Part shown: piece by piece, positions 49,241 to 58,427 of the stretch
Layout of the letters: the number at the start of each line of letters is the position of its first letter
How positions within the stretch are numbered: position 1 is the stretch's first letter
NCBI GenBank assembly: GCA_963674735.2
Contig: CAXXQS010000001.1
Coordinates: forward strand, 256,001-320,000
Origin: Myxococcota bacterium
GTDB lineage: Bacteria > Myxococcota_A > SURF-8
Direction: 5' to 3'
DNA length: 64,000 bases
Notes under the pieces: generated by a model
Seen by the model: only the letters and a program-made list of their open reading frames with translations
What the model was told of the DNA's origin: nothing
Database searches by the model: none
Position numbers and translations under genes: made by a program

Positions 49241-50410
49241 ATGGAACCGAAAAATCCATTTCCCGAAGTAACCGAGGCGATTATCGGCTGTGGAGCCAAT
49301 ACGCTGAAGTCCTGCATGCAGTGCGGTATGTGTACGGCGGCCTGCCCCTGGCGGCTGGTCGAGGGTGAGATCTCGGAACAGTTCAACAACCGCAAGCTGC
49401 AGCATATGGGCCAGCTCGGTGTCGACGGCTTCGAGACGGAAAACATCCTGTATGCCTGCACCACCTGCGGTATTTGTGTCGATCGTTGCCCGCGTGAAGT
49501 GAATGCCATCACGAATACGCGCATCATGCGTGCCATGATCGCCGAAACCTCCGGTCTGCCCAAAAGCGTGCGTCCCGCCGCCGGTAGCTTGAGCGACAAC
49601 GGCAACCCCTGGCAGGGTCCGCGTGCGGAACGCACCAAATGGACCGAGGGGTTGGACATTCCGGCGTTTACCGAAGACACCGAATACTTCCTCTTCGTCT
49701 GCTGCACGAGCTGCTACGACAAGCGCAGCATGAAGATTGCGCGCGCCATCGGCAAGCTGCTCAAGGCGGCAGGCGTGAACTTCGGCATCATCGGCAACGA
49801 AGAGAACTGCTGTGGCGAGTCGATCCGCAAGGTCGGCGGCGAGGAAAACTTCCAAACCGTGGCCGCGGCGAATGTCGAGCTGTTCAACAGCAAGGGCGTG
49901 AAGAAGATCATCACCACGTCACCCCATTGCCTGTGGACCTTCAAAAACGAGTACCCGGAGCTGGGCGGCGAATACGAAGTGGTGCATTACACCGAGATTC
50001 TGTCCGACCTGGTGAAGGAAGGCAAGCTCACCTTCAAAAACGACCTGGGCAAGAAAGTGGCCTTCCACGATCCGTGCTACCTGGGCCGCCAGTCGAAGGT
50101 GTTCGATCCTCCCCGCGATTTGATGGAGAAGATCCCGGCCGCCGAGACGGCCGAACTGATGCGCTCGCGCACCGACAGCCTGTGCTGCGGCGGTGGCGGC
50201 GGTCGCGTGTGGATGGAGACGGAAGTCGGCGCGCGTTTCGGCGACCTGCGCATTTACGAGGCGCTGGACAAAGGCGCGAACGTGCTGGCCACCGGCTGTC
50301 CTTACTGCATCATCATGCTCGAAGCCTCCAACATGGCGTTGGGCAAGGATGAAGAGCTGGAGATCAAGGATCTGTCCGAGCTGCTCTGCGCGGCGGCCAT
50401 GGACGACTAA
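49241..50410 (+). CDS. HdrD-like soluble Fe-S protein (two 4Fe-4S clusters plus CCG domains) in place of qmoC
   Basis: CMQCGMCTAACP, CTTCGICVDRCP, ENCCG, HDPCYLGR, CCGGGGG, CPYC; no TM helices. Confidence 0.9.
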   Translation: MEPKNPFPEVTEAIIGCGANTLKSCMQCGMCTAACPWRLVEGEISEQFNNRKLQHMGQLGVDGFETENILYACTTCGICVDRCPREVNAITNTRIMRAMIAETSGLPKSVRPAAGSLSDNGNPWQGPRAERTKWTEGLDIPAFTEDTEYFLFVCCTSCYDKRSMKIARAIGKLLKAAGVNFGIIGNEENCCGESIRKVGGEENFQTVAAANVELFNSKGVKKIITTSPHCLWTFKNEYPELGGEYEVVHYTEILSDLVKEGKLTFKNDLGKKVAFHDPCYLGRQSKVFDPPRDLMEKIPAAETAELMRSRTDSLCCGGGGGRVWMETEVGARFGDLRIYEALDKGANVLATGCPYCIIMLEASNMALGKDEELEIKDLSELLCAAAMDD

Positions 50411-50452
50411 GCGCGTCTGCGTCGGATCATCCGACGCTGTTTGAAACGAACG

Positions 50453-50481
50453 AACCCGCAGGTTACGGCCTGCGGGTTTTT
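50453..50481 (+). terminator. Terminator of the qmo operon
   Basis: AACCCGCAGG-TTACGG-CCTGCGGGTT-TTT. Confidence 0.8.
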
Positions 50482-50615
50482 CGTTGGGGGGAGAAAACGG
50501 TTCCTGTTGGATTGTGCTTGCCGACCGTCTTCCCGGTTGTGACTTCGCAATATCTGTAAAAAAAACGGCCGGTCTTTCGACCGGCCGCGCTTGTTTGTTC
50601 GGTTGTTTCGCGAGC

Positions 50616-52331
50616 TTAGCGGGTGGTGGCCTCGTCCAGGACCGATTCGTCCCACTGGCTGGGATCGCGCACGATGTCGCAATCGACCCACTGAGCCGAA
50701 TTGGGGTTGGTCAGGGGCGACCAGCAGTTTTCGAAAATCTGCCCCAGATCCTCCGAGCGCCACCAGCAGACGCGCTCCTCATCGACGGTTTTACAGTTGG
50801 GTGGATGATACGCGCCCAGCTCGCCTTCGGGCACCGACGCGGCCCAGGGGTCCCAGTAGGGCCATTCCATATATTCCTCGATGGCCTTCAGATAATAACT
50901 GTGAATGCTGCGCACTTCGGCGCTGGTGAGCGGGTACCCGTAGGACTGCGCCTGCGTATAATACAGGGCCAGGTTGCGGTACCAGTCGTCGGGGTCGTAC
51001 TGAAACTGGGATTCGGGCAATTCCTGGTCGAGGGTGATCCGTTCTTCGAGGCCGTCCAAGAGTTTTTCGACGGCGGCATTTTCGTGATTCACCAAAGCGT
51101 TGGCGATGTGGGCCAAATGGAAATAGCGACAGATCCGTTTGTTGTAGCGGTTGAATTGGAAGGACAGCTGGTCGTACTGATTGGGTTCGCCGCGTCCGCA
51201 ATCTTCCGCGCCGCCCTGATGATAGGCGATGTTTTCGGCTGCCTGACGCGCGCTGCATTCCGCGCCCGGAATCAGGTCGCGATACATCATGAGCGCCGCC
51301 AGGTCGCCCTGCTCGGCGTTGAGTGCGGGATCGTCGGTGAAGCCGGGCATATAGATTTCGCCGTTTTCGTCTTTCGTGCGGATGTGGTAGTCGGAATCGA
51401 CGATGTCCTTGGCGAAGGCTTCAAGCAACTCCAGCGCTTCGCCGCAGGCCTCTTGGACCGCCTCGTTACCGCTACGGTCAACGGCGTAGCGCAGATTCGG
51501 AATGAGGCGGAAAACATGCGGCACGTCGTCTTTCGAGCGTAGGCTGGTGACCCATACGTCGTCCCAGAATGGATTGTCGGGGTAGGCGTAGCGGTAGCAG
51601 TTCCAGCGGTCGTAAGGCGAACGCCAGCCGTCGTAGTTGACCGCCTTGCGTTTGCCGTCGTGGGTGAGGAATTCGTGGTTCATGGCGATCACGTTGCGGG
51701 TCATCAGGTGGTGCACCGTATCGTTTTCGTCTTTCACCATGCCCAGCATGGAAGCCGACATGCCTTTGCACAGCTTTTCGGCGGCCAGGGCAATCGTTGC
51801 ATCTTCGTCCACCAGCATGTGAGCGGCCAGCACGTCGCCGAGCACGCGGCTCATGGGAATGTGCAGATTATGCCCGCCATCCGTCAGGTTTTCGGGATGG
51901 TAGAAGGTGACCAGGTCGCCTTCCTTCTTGAAACGTTCATTATACCAGAACTGCCAGTCGCGTTGACCGGTGGAGGCGTCGACACCGTGGGTGGTGTACA
52001 GGACGAAGTCGAAATAATTGATCTTCTTAAGGAAACCCATCACCCGGCGGGTGAAGGCCTGGATCTCCTCCGTCGTGACGGGGTCGCCCACATCTTCGCG
52101 TTCATAGCTGATGGCCAGGGTTTCCGGCAGACCTTCGGGGCGGGCTTCTTCGTCGGGGTCGGCTTCGATATCGCCATCAGGGGTGTCGCCATCGGGCGTC
52201 TCGTCCGTGTCGCCGTCGGGAATCACATCGCTGTCGCCGTCGCTTTGGCTGTCACTGTCGTCGCCGCAAGCGACGAGGAACAGTCCGGCCACGAGTGTCA
52301 ACACCAGCAAGAATCTCAGAGAGCCTGTCAT
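50616..52331 (-). CDS. Hypothetical lipoprotein with DGD linker
   Basis: Lipobox LVAC followed by DGD repeats; no recognisable catalytic motif. Confidence 0.8.
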   Translation of the reverse strand: MTGSLRFLLVLTLVAGLFLVACGDDSDSQSDGDSDVIPDGDTDETPDGDTPDGDIEADPDEEARPEGLPETLAISYEREDVGDPVTTEEIQAFTRRVMGFLKKINYFDFVLYTTHGVDASTGQRDWQFWYNERFKKEGDLVTFYHPENLTDGGHNLHIPMSRVLGDVLAAHMLVDEDATIALAAEKLCKGMSASMLGMVKDENDTVHHLMTRNVIAMNHEFLTHDGKRKAVNYDGWRSPYDRWNCYRYAYPDNPFWDDVWVTSLRSKDDVPHVFRLIPNLRYAVDRSGNEAVQEACGEALELLEAFAKDIVDSDYHIRTKDENGEIYMPGFTDDPALNAEQGDLAALMMYRDLIPGAECSARQAAENIAYHQGGAEDCGRGEPNQYDQLSFQFNRYNKRICRYFHLAHIANALVNHENAAVEKLLDGLEERITLDQELPESQFQYDPDDWYRNLALYYTQAQSYGYPLTSAEVRSIHSYYLKAIEEYMEWPYWDPWAASVPEGELGAYHPPNCKTVDEERVCWWRSEDLGQIFENCWSPLTNPNSAQWVDCDIVRDPSQWDESVLDEATTR

Positions 52332-52520
52332 GGCATGATCCTTTCCACAAAAAAAGTTTGGACGAGTATGGGGGCTCGTTTGGGATGGGTCAAGAAAAAA
52401 GGTGATTTAGCGGAGGTGGATCTACACGAGCCGGGAAGCGCTATTGCGATCCGTTGCCAACCATGAAAATAAAAGCCCGATCATGCGACCGGGCTTGGGA
52501 ATGCGGTTTGTTCGTGCCTG

Positions 52521-53447
52521 TTACTTTTTCTTTTTGGCGGCCGCAGACTTTTTGGCTTTCGCTGCAAAGCGGCCGACTTTCAAGTAATGGCCGAGGTTGG
52601 CGCTGGGTTTGAGCACGGGACGAATCACCGGATCTTTGGCCGTGATCAGGGCCGTGACGCCCGGGCCATGTCCCGAAATCTTACAGTCGGAATGAATGAC
52701 GATTCCGATGGTGACCGCGCCCTTGCGCCAGTTGCGGCCGTAGCGGTTGTCGTGGTCGAGGATGGCGACGATGTCGCCAAAGCGCATCGATTTCAGATTG
52801 TATTCCTCCAGCGCGCCCTCATCCTGGGTCATGATATCGTAGTCGCCTTTGTTTGGCGTAACCGAACCGATCCCACTGCCCATGAGGTAGCCCGGAACGA
52901 AATGCGTTACCGGCACTTCCAGAACGCCGTCCTTCTTGTTTTCCTTCAGTCCCATGGTTTTGAGTAGCTGCGGACCGAGGTTGTACACGCGGATGCCGGG
53001 GTAATCGAGAAACTCGGTGCCTTGACCGACGGCGCGGACGAGAATCTTGTCGTCGTGTGTCAGCTTGTCGAGTACATTGTCCGGAAACTCGATGATGACG
53101 TGTTCGATGCCGCCGTGGTGACCGATTACGACGCCTTTGGTTCCCTTGGCCTGCCCACTGATGATCGTCGCCTGGTTTCCGGCGCAGGCATAGGCGTTGT
53201 AAGCGGAATTGACCAGTCCGTTACGCTCTTTTTCGCTGGCGCAGCTCGACACGCAAGGCTCGATATGGTCGCCCGCCCAGCCGAAAACCGGGTCGCCCAC
53301 TTTGATGTTATAGGTGATACCGCCGGTTCCGGGATGGGCGAAGGGCAGGCCTTCGGCATCGAAGCGCATGACGCCGCGCGAAATGGGATTGGCGATTTTG
53401 CCTTGTACGCTGATCTCAATCAGCTTGTCGAGGTTGGTTCGGATCAT
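52521..53447 (-). CDS. DUF4438 family protein
   Basis: PGTGGITYN..VGD, GDHIEP, GHHGGIEH, MGSGIG, GDYDI and SGHGPG motifs. Confidence 0.85.
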   Translation of the reverse strand: MIRTNLDKLIEISVQGKIANPISRGVMRFDAEGLPFAHPGTGGITYNIKVGDPVFGWAGDHIEPCVSSCASEKERNGLVNSAYNAYACAGNQATIISGQAKGTKGVVIGHHGGIEHVIIEFPDNVLDKLTHDDKILVRAVGQGTEFLDYPGIRVYNLGPQLLKTMGLKENKKDGVLEVPVTHFVPGYLMGSGIGSVTPNKGDYDIMTQDEGALEEYNLKSMRFGDIVAILDHDNRYGRNWRKGAVTIGIVIHSDCKISGHGPGVTALITAKDPVIRPVLKPSANLGHYLKVGRFAAKAKKSAAAKKKK

Positions 53448-53628
53448 GGATTTCTCCTGTTGACGGGTGGAACACGAGTTTCAAGCCTACTTCATTTTTC
53501 ACACAGGTCAACAAGAAAGCGTGCTGGGCAGGGCGATGAATGAAATTGACGCATTGCGGCTTGACAAGGTATCATTAATAGTCTACTAAGTGTAGAACAA
53601 TACAATGAAATCGGAGGTGCGGTTCATC

Positions 53629-56600
53629 ATGCCTAAGCTATCGCATGTTTTGTGGGGAGTCTTCTTTGTGTTGGCTTTGACGGTTGCCGGTTGTGGTGGC
53701 GGCGGCGACGACGATCCGGGCCTGGATGGGGATACCGGCGTCGACGGTGATACGGACGGCGACACGGATGGTGACACGGACGGCGATACGGACGGTGATA
53801 CCGACGGCGATACGGACGGCGATACCGACGGTGATACCGACGGCGATACGGACGGCGATACGGACGGTGACACCGACGGTGATACGGACGGTGATACCGA
53901 TGGCGACACGGACGGCGATACGGACGGCGACACGGACGGCGATACGGACGGCGACACCGACGGCGACACCGACGGCGACACCGACGGCGATACGGACGGT
54001 GATACGGACGGCGATGTCGAAGATGAAATGGAAGTCGAAACCGAAATGGAGGTGGAAGCCGAGGTGGAAACCGAGATGGAAGCTGAAGTGGAGGTCGAGG
54101 TAGAAGCCGAGATGGAAGCCGAGATGGAAGCTGAAGTGGAGGCCGAGGTAGAAGCCGAGATGGAAGCCGAAGTGGAAGCCGAATCCGAGACCGAGATTGA
54201 CGCGCTATGCGACAAGGCCTTGCTCCTCCTGGCTTGCGGTGACTTTGCCGATGGCAACAATGCAGAAACGGTGGATGATTGGACGGCCTATTCCTGCCTG
54301 CCGAATGAATCCACCGAAAGCGGCGGCGAAGAGGTGTATGGGTTCGACGCGGCCTGCGACGGCACGGTGTCGATTACGATTACCCCCGATATTCTGATCG
54401 GTGTGGATGGCGATGTGTCGTTCGAAGACGGCGACGAGTCGCCCTATCTGTACGACCTCGATCTGTTCGTTCTCGATGATTGCGATCCCACAAGCTGCCG
54501 TAGCGCCGCAAGCTCGCTCGGTGTGATTCGCCACGATGTCGAAGTCAGCGCAGGGGAGCGCCTCTACTTCGCCATCGATGCGGGATTCGCCTTCGACGAC
54601 GAGGAATGCGACGGCGATAGCGACGACGAATGTGAGGTGGATGGCGACGTGGAAGACGAGGATGACATCGTTTATCTCAACGGCGGACCCTACCGGGTGT
54701 CGGTGGAATGCGTCTGTTATGCCTGCGAGGACAACGACGACGACGGCCACTTCGGTTACGATCCGGTTTATTGCCCCAGCGGTACCGATTGCGACGACGG
54801 CTTGGGGGAGGTGAATCCAGACGAGCCGGAGGTCGCCTGCAACGGCATCGACGACGATTGCAGCGGTTTCGATGATTGCAGTCATGTCGTGTGCGTGGAC
54901 GAGGACCAGGACAGCTTCTATCGCTACGACGCCCAGTCCTGCCCCATGGGCACCGATTGCCAGGACGGTCTGGCGGACATCAAGCCCGGCGCGGCGGAAA
55001 TCGAGTGCGACGGTAAAGACCAGGATTGCGACGGCATGGATTGGTGCCCCGGATCCGGCCAGCATTGCGATCCCTGTTTCGGGGCTTGCAAAGCCGGGCA
55101 TGCATGTCTACCCAACTTTATGGGGATGATCTACATCGAGGATGAGCTGCCCAACCCGCTGATGATCTGCCTGAAGGATTGCTCGGAGGACGGACGCTGT
55201 CCGGACGGCTCCGTTTGCACTTACATGACGGAAGGCTCCTATTGTCTGCCGCAAACCGAACGGGTTTGCGATGGCGATAACCTGGTGGTTCGCGATACCT
55301 GCGGCAACGAACTGGACACACGCAGCTGTCCGGCCGGATCCTGCGATAGTGAGGCCGAGGTGTGTCTGACGGTCTGCGACAGCACGCATGAAACGCTCGA
55401 CTGCGGCGAACATGAAGCCGGTCACACCGCCAACGGCGTCTCGATGATGCTGGACTATAACTGCCGGGGCAACCTGCCGGGCCGGGAGTTGATTTACGAG
55501 GTGACGCCCGTCTGCTCCGGCGTGTTGCATGCGGAATTGAGCCTCATCAGCGACACCGATCTGGTGTTGTTGGCTCTGGCGGATTCTTGCGATAACGCCT
55601 CCTGTGTCGCCGCCAGCGGTGATGACGGCTATCAGCGCGACGTGACCTTCAACGTGGTTGCGGGTGAAACCTATTACCTGGTGGTGGACGGGTCGGATGA
55701 GGACGAGACCGGACGTTTCGATCTGGCGGTGGACTGCGCCTGCACGAACGAGTTGAAGAACCACTGCGGATCCTGTAGCCAGGATTGGCAGTGCAATTAC
55801 GGGGGATCCTGCAAGGTCTACCCGGGCGAAGACGATCCGCCGGTTGGGGTGTGTATGGCCGATTGTTCCTTCAACGGAACGTGTCCCGCCGAGTCCGTGT
55901 GCTACGAAATCGAGCCCGGCGCGTTCCATTGCGTGCCCGATAGCGCCGGACAATGTCTCGACGATGTCTTGTGGCTAAACGACAGTTGCGGGCGTGCGGC
56001 CAAGTTGCAGACCTGCCCGGCCGGTACTTCCTGCGACGCCGAGGCGTTGCGCTGCGCCGATGGCTGTGTGGATGAGGATCAGGATGGTTATTTCGCCATC
56101 GACGAGATCGACTGCCCGGCCGGTGACGACTGTAATGACGATGCGTTCGGCATCAATCCCGGTGCCGAGGATATCTACGATAACGGGGTGGACGAAGATT
56201 GTCTGGGTGGCGATAACGTGGCCACGGCGACGCAATGCCAGCCCTGCGAATATGGAAATTGTGCACCGGGCTATCAGTGCGTCAGTTGGCCGGGCGACGA
56301 TTACGCCTTCTGCATTCAGATGGGCTGTTCGGACAGCGGCGATTGTCAGGGCGAGGATATCTACGATCTCACCTGCTGGTATAACGGCGACGATCCGCCG
56401 GTGTGCATGCCGCGAGACGATGATGAATTCAATACCTGCGTGCAGGACGTCTTCACCGCCACCGACGGATGCGGACACGTCTACCTGCAGGAAGACTGCG
56501 ACATTAATTGTTATCCAACGGAAGGCTGTGTGAACTACTGCGACGGCGGGGCGGATGTGCCCGCCTGCGACATGGTGCTCGCGGGCGACACGCGCACCGG

Positions 56601-57489
56601 AATCAGTCACACCACGTATTATTACAACTCGGAACGCACCTACCGCCACTTGGAAGGCCCCGAGCTTTCCTACACCTACGTCGCGGCGGCGGACGGCGAG
56701 ATGTCGGCGCGCCTGGTGAGCGACCATGATCTGCGCTTGATCGTGCTCTCAAGCAGCTTCGGGCGTTGTCGTACCTATAAAATGATTGAGTCGTCGTCTT
56801 TCGATAGCGGCGTGGTGTCCTGGCTGGTGACGGAAGGAAGCACCTATTTCCTGGTGGTCGACGGCTACGAAGGCGCTGCGGGAGAATTTGAAATCGAGTT
56901 GATCTGTCCGCAATCGGCCTGCGAAGATCTCGATAACGACAGCTACAAGGGATTCGACATCGTCGATTGTCCCACCGGGCGCGACTGCGACGACGACAAC
57001 GAGAATATCAACCCGGATGGGGTGGAGGTGGAATGCGACCGCATCGACCAGGATTGCGACGGCTTCGATGCCTGCGACAATCCCACCTGCGATGTCGATC
57101 ACGAAATCACCTGCAACGGCGGGCCGGTCCACGGCGACAACACCGGCGAGCCGAATCACATCCATGTTTACGATGACCCGGATGCCGGAGAACCCTGCTC
57201 GCACTACTATTCCGACGAGGAAACGGCGGGCGAGGTGGTCTATCACCTGACGGCTTCCTGCGATGGCACGCTGAAGGCGGAGATGGCGTTTGACGACGAT
57301 GCCCTGCTGGGTGTGTTCATCCTGGAAGGCGCGTGCGAAGCGGCAGCCTGCAAGACCTTCGGGTATCGCATGAACGTGCAGGCGGCCGAAACCGCCATGG
57401 TGGCGGGCGAAGACTATTACATCGTGGTGGACGGCGTTCGCGGCGAGGACGGCGGTTTCGATCTCGACGTCACCTGCACCTGCGATTAG
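53629..57489 (+). CDS. Large Cys-rich lipoprotein: (DGDT)n and E-rich linker, MopE-related repeats, several PPC-like beta-sandwich domains (alternative start 53605)
   Basis: Lipobox VAGC; DCDD...NP...E.C.GID.DC repeats; recurring G..YY.VVDG motif. Confidence 0.88.
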   Translation: MPKLSHVLWGVFFVLALTVAGCGGGGDDDPGLDGDTGVDGDTDGDTDGDTDGDTDGDTDGDTDGDTDGDTDGDTDGDTDGDTDGDTDGDTDGDTDGDTDGDTDGDTDGDTDGDTDGDTDGDTDGDTDGDVEDEMEVETEMEVEAEVETEMEAEVEVEVEAEMEAEMEAEVEAEVEAEMEAEVEAESETEIDALCDKALLLLACGDFADGNNAETVDDWTAYSCLPNESTESGGEEVYGFDAACDGTVSITITPDILIGVDGDVSFEDGDESPYLYDLDLFVLDDCDPTSCRSAASSLGVIRHDVEVSAGERLYFAIDAGFAFDDEECDGDSDDECEVDGDVEDEDDIVYLNGGPYRVSVECVCYACEDNDDDGHFGYDPVYCPSGTDCDDGLGEVNPDEPEVACNGIDDDCSGFDDCSHVVCVDEDQDSFYRYDAQSCPMGTDCQDGLADIKPGAAEIECDGKDQDCDGMDWCPGSGQHCDPCFGACKAGHACLPNFMGMIYIEDELPNPLMICLKDCSEDGRCPDGSVCTYMTEGSYCLPQTERVCDGDNLVVRDTCGNELDTRSCPAGSCDSEAEVCLTVCDSTHETLDCGEHEAGHTANGVSMMLDYNCRGNLPGRELIYEVTPVCSGVLHAELSLISDTDLVLLALADSCDNASCVAASGDDGYQRDVTFNVVAGETYYLVVDGSDEDETGRFDLAVDCACTNELKNHCGSCSQDWQCNYGGSCKVYPGEDDPPVGVCMADCSFNGTCPAESVCYEIEPGAFHCVPDSAGQCLDDVLWLNDSCGRAAKLQTCPAGTSCDAEALRCADGCVDEDQDGYFAIDEIDCPAGDDCNDDAFGINPGAEDIYDNGVDEDCLGGDNVATATQCQPCEYGNCAPGYQCVSWPGDDYAFCIQMGCSDSGDCQGEDIYDLTCWYNGDDPPVCMPRDDDEFNTCVQDVFTATDGCGHVYLQEDCDINCYPTEGCVNYCDGGADVPACDMVLAGDTRTGISHTTYYYNSERTYRHLEGPELSYTYVAAADGEMSARLVSDHDLRLIVLSSSFGRCRTYKMIESSSFDSGVVSWLVTEGSTYFLVVDGYEGAAGEFEIELICPQSACEDLDNDSYKGFDIVDCPTGRDCDDDNENINPDGVEVECDRIDQDCDGFDACDNPTCDVDHEITCNGGPVHGDNTGEPNHIHVYDDPDAGEPCSHYYSDEETAGEVVYHLTASCDGTLKAEMAFDDDALLGVFILEGACEAAACKTFGYRMNVQAAETAMVAGEDYYIVVDGVRGEDGGFDLDVTCTCD
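53743..54015 (+). repeat. 12-bp tandem repeat, about 22 units (GACGGYGAYACS = DGDT)
   Basis: Directly visible in the sequence. Confidence 0.95.
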
Positions 57490-57515
57490 CGTCTGCGGAA
57501 TGCGTATCGGTTATC

Positions 57516-57544
57516 AGGGCCGCTCCTTCGGGGGCGGCTCTTTT
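57516..57544. terminator. Intrinsic terminator
   Basis: AGGGCCGCTCC-TTCG-GGGGCGGCTC-TTTT. Confidence 0.75.
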
Positions 57545-57570
57545 CGTTTGTCAACGGGCGGAAGCCGCGT

Positions 57571-58125
57571 TCAGGCCGGAGCTTGCAGGGATTTCAGATA
57601 GGCATCCAAGCGGAACGACAGCTTGACGTATTCAGCCGCCTGTTTGGAGGACACGCGGTAGTTGTCGGCATGCACCGCTTTGTTGCGCAGCTGCCGCAGT
57701 TCGCGGAACACCCGTGCCTTGTTGTCGTTCAGCAGATCATGCTCGATCAACAGCAGCTCGATGGCCTTATGCGGAGTGGGGCTGTCGGCGGGGATGGACA
57801 GCTTGCGTTCCTGCAGCAGTGCGTGCGAGCGCTGTTCGATCTGCTGCCAGGCCTCTTGAACCGCGGCCTTGGGGGCGATGGAGGCCAATTCCAACAGGTC
57901 GACGTCCTTGTGGGTGGCCGATTCATCCACACGGGGCAGGTTTTCCTGCCGGATGCCGTCTTCGATCTGCCGAATGTCCTGCTCGAAGGTGATTTCCAGA
58001 TCTTTGTACTTCACCTGTTTCGATTTTCCGATCAGGTTTCCGAGGGGTTTACGCAATAATGCAATCGTGATCAACAGGGTCAACGCCCAGATTCCGTGTT
58101 TGATGATGGGAACCCATTCCGCCAT
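57571..58125 (-). CDS. N-terminal TM protein with a C-terminal HEPN-like (DUF4145-like) domain
   Basis: TM segment WALTLLITIALL; helical domain with LRQLRNKAVH (Rx4H); GGGGAG RBS. Confidence 0.7.
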   Translation of the reverse strand: MAEWVPIIKHGIWALTLLITIALLRKPLGNLIGKSKQVKYKDLEITFEQDIRQIEDGIRQENLPRVDESATHKDVDLLELASIAPKAAVQEAWQQIEQRSHALLQERKLSIPADSPTPHKAIELLLIEHDLLNDNKARVFRELRQLRNKAVHADNYRVSSKQAAEYVKLSFRLDAYLKSLQAPA

Positions 58126-58193
58126 GACCTTCTCCCCAATCTGATTCGGATGCAGGCAGCATAGCGCGCTACAAACGCAGGGTCAAGTGTGAG

Positions 58194-58376
58194 CAGGGCG
58201 TTTCAATTCTGATTGAGTCTCGAATCATCTTCGATTGATGATGGGTGGCACGGGCAAAACCGTCAGGTTTGCCCGTGAAAACAGCATGGGCAAGCCACAG
58301 GCTTGGCCCATGGCACCCCGTAAGCCGAATGATAGGAGGTGGAAAACGGTGAAAAGCTTGGAAGTGAAACGCCCTG
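58194..58376 (-). mobile_element. MITE copy 4
   Basis: Ends CAGGGCGTTTCAATTC...GAAGTGAAACGCCCTG; degenerate TSD CAAGTGTGAG/CAAGCGAAAG (7/10). Confidence 0.85.
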
Positions 58377-58427
58377 CAAGCGAAAGTTGTCGGCTTGCGG
58401 CTGCGGCTATACGCAAACGGCAACCGC

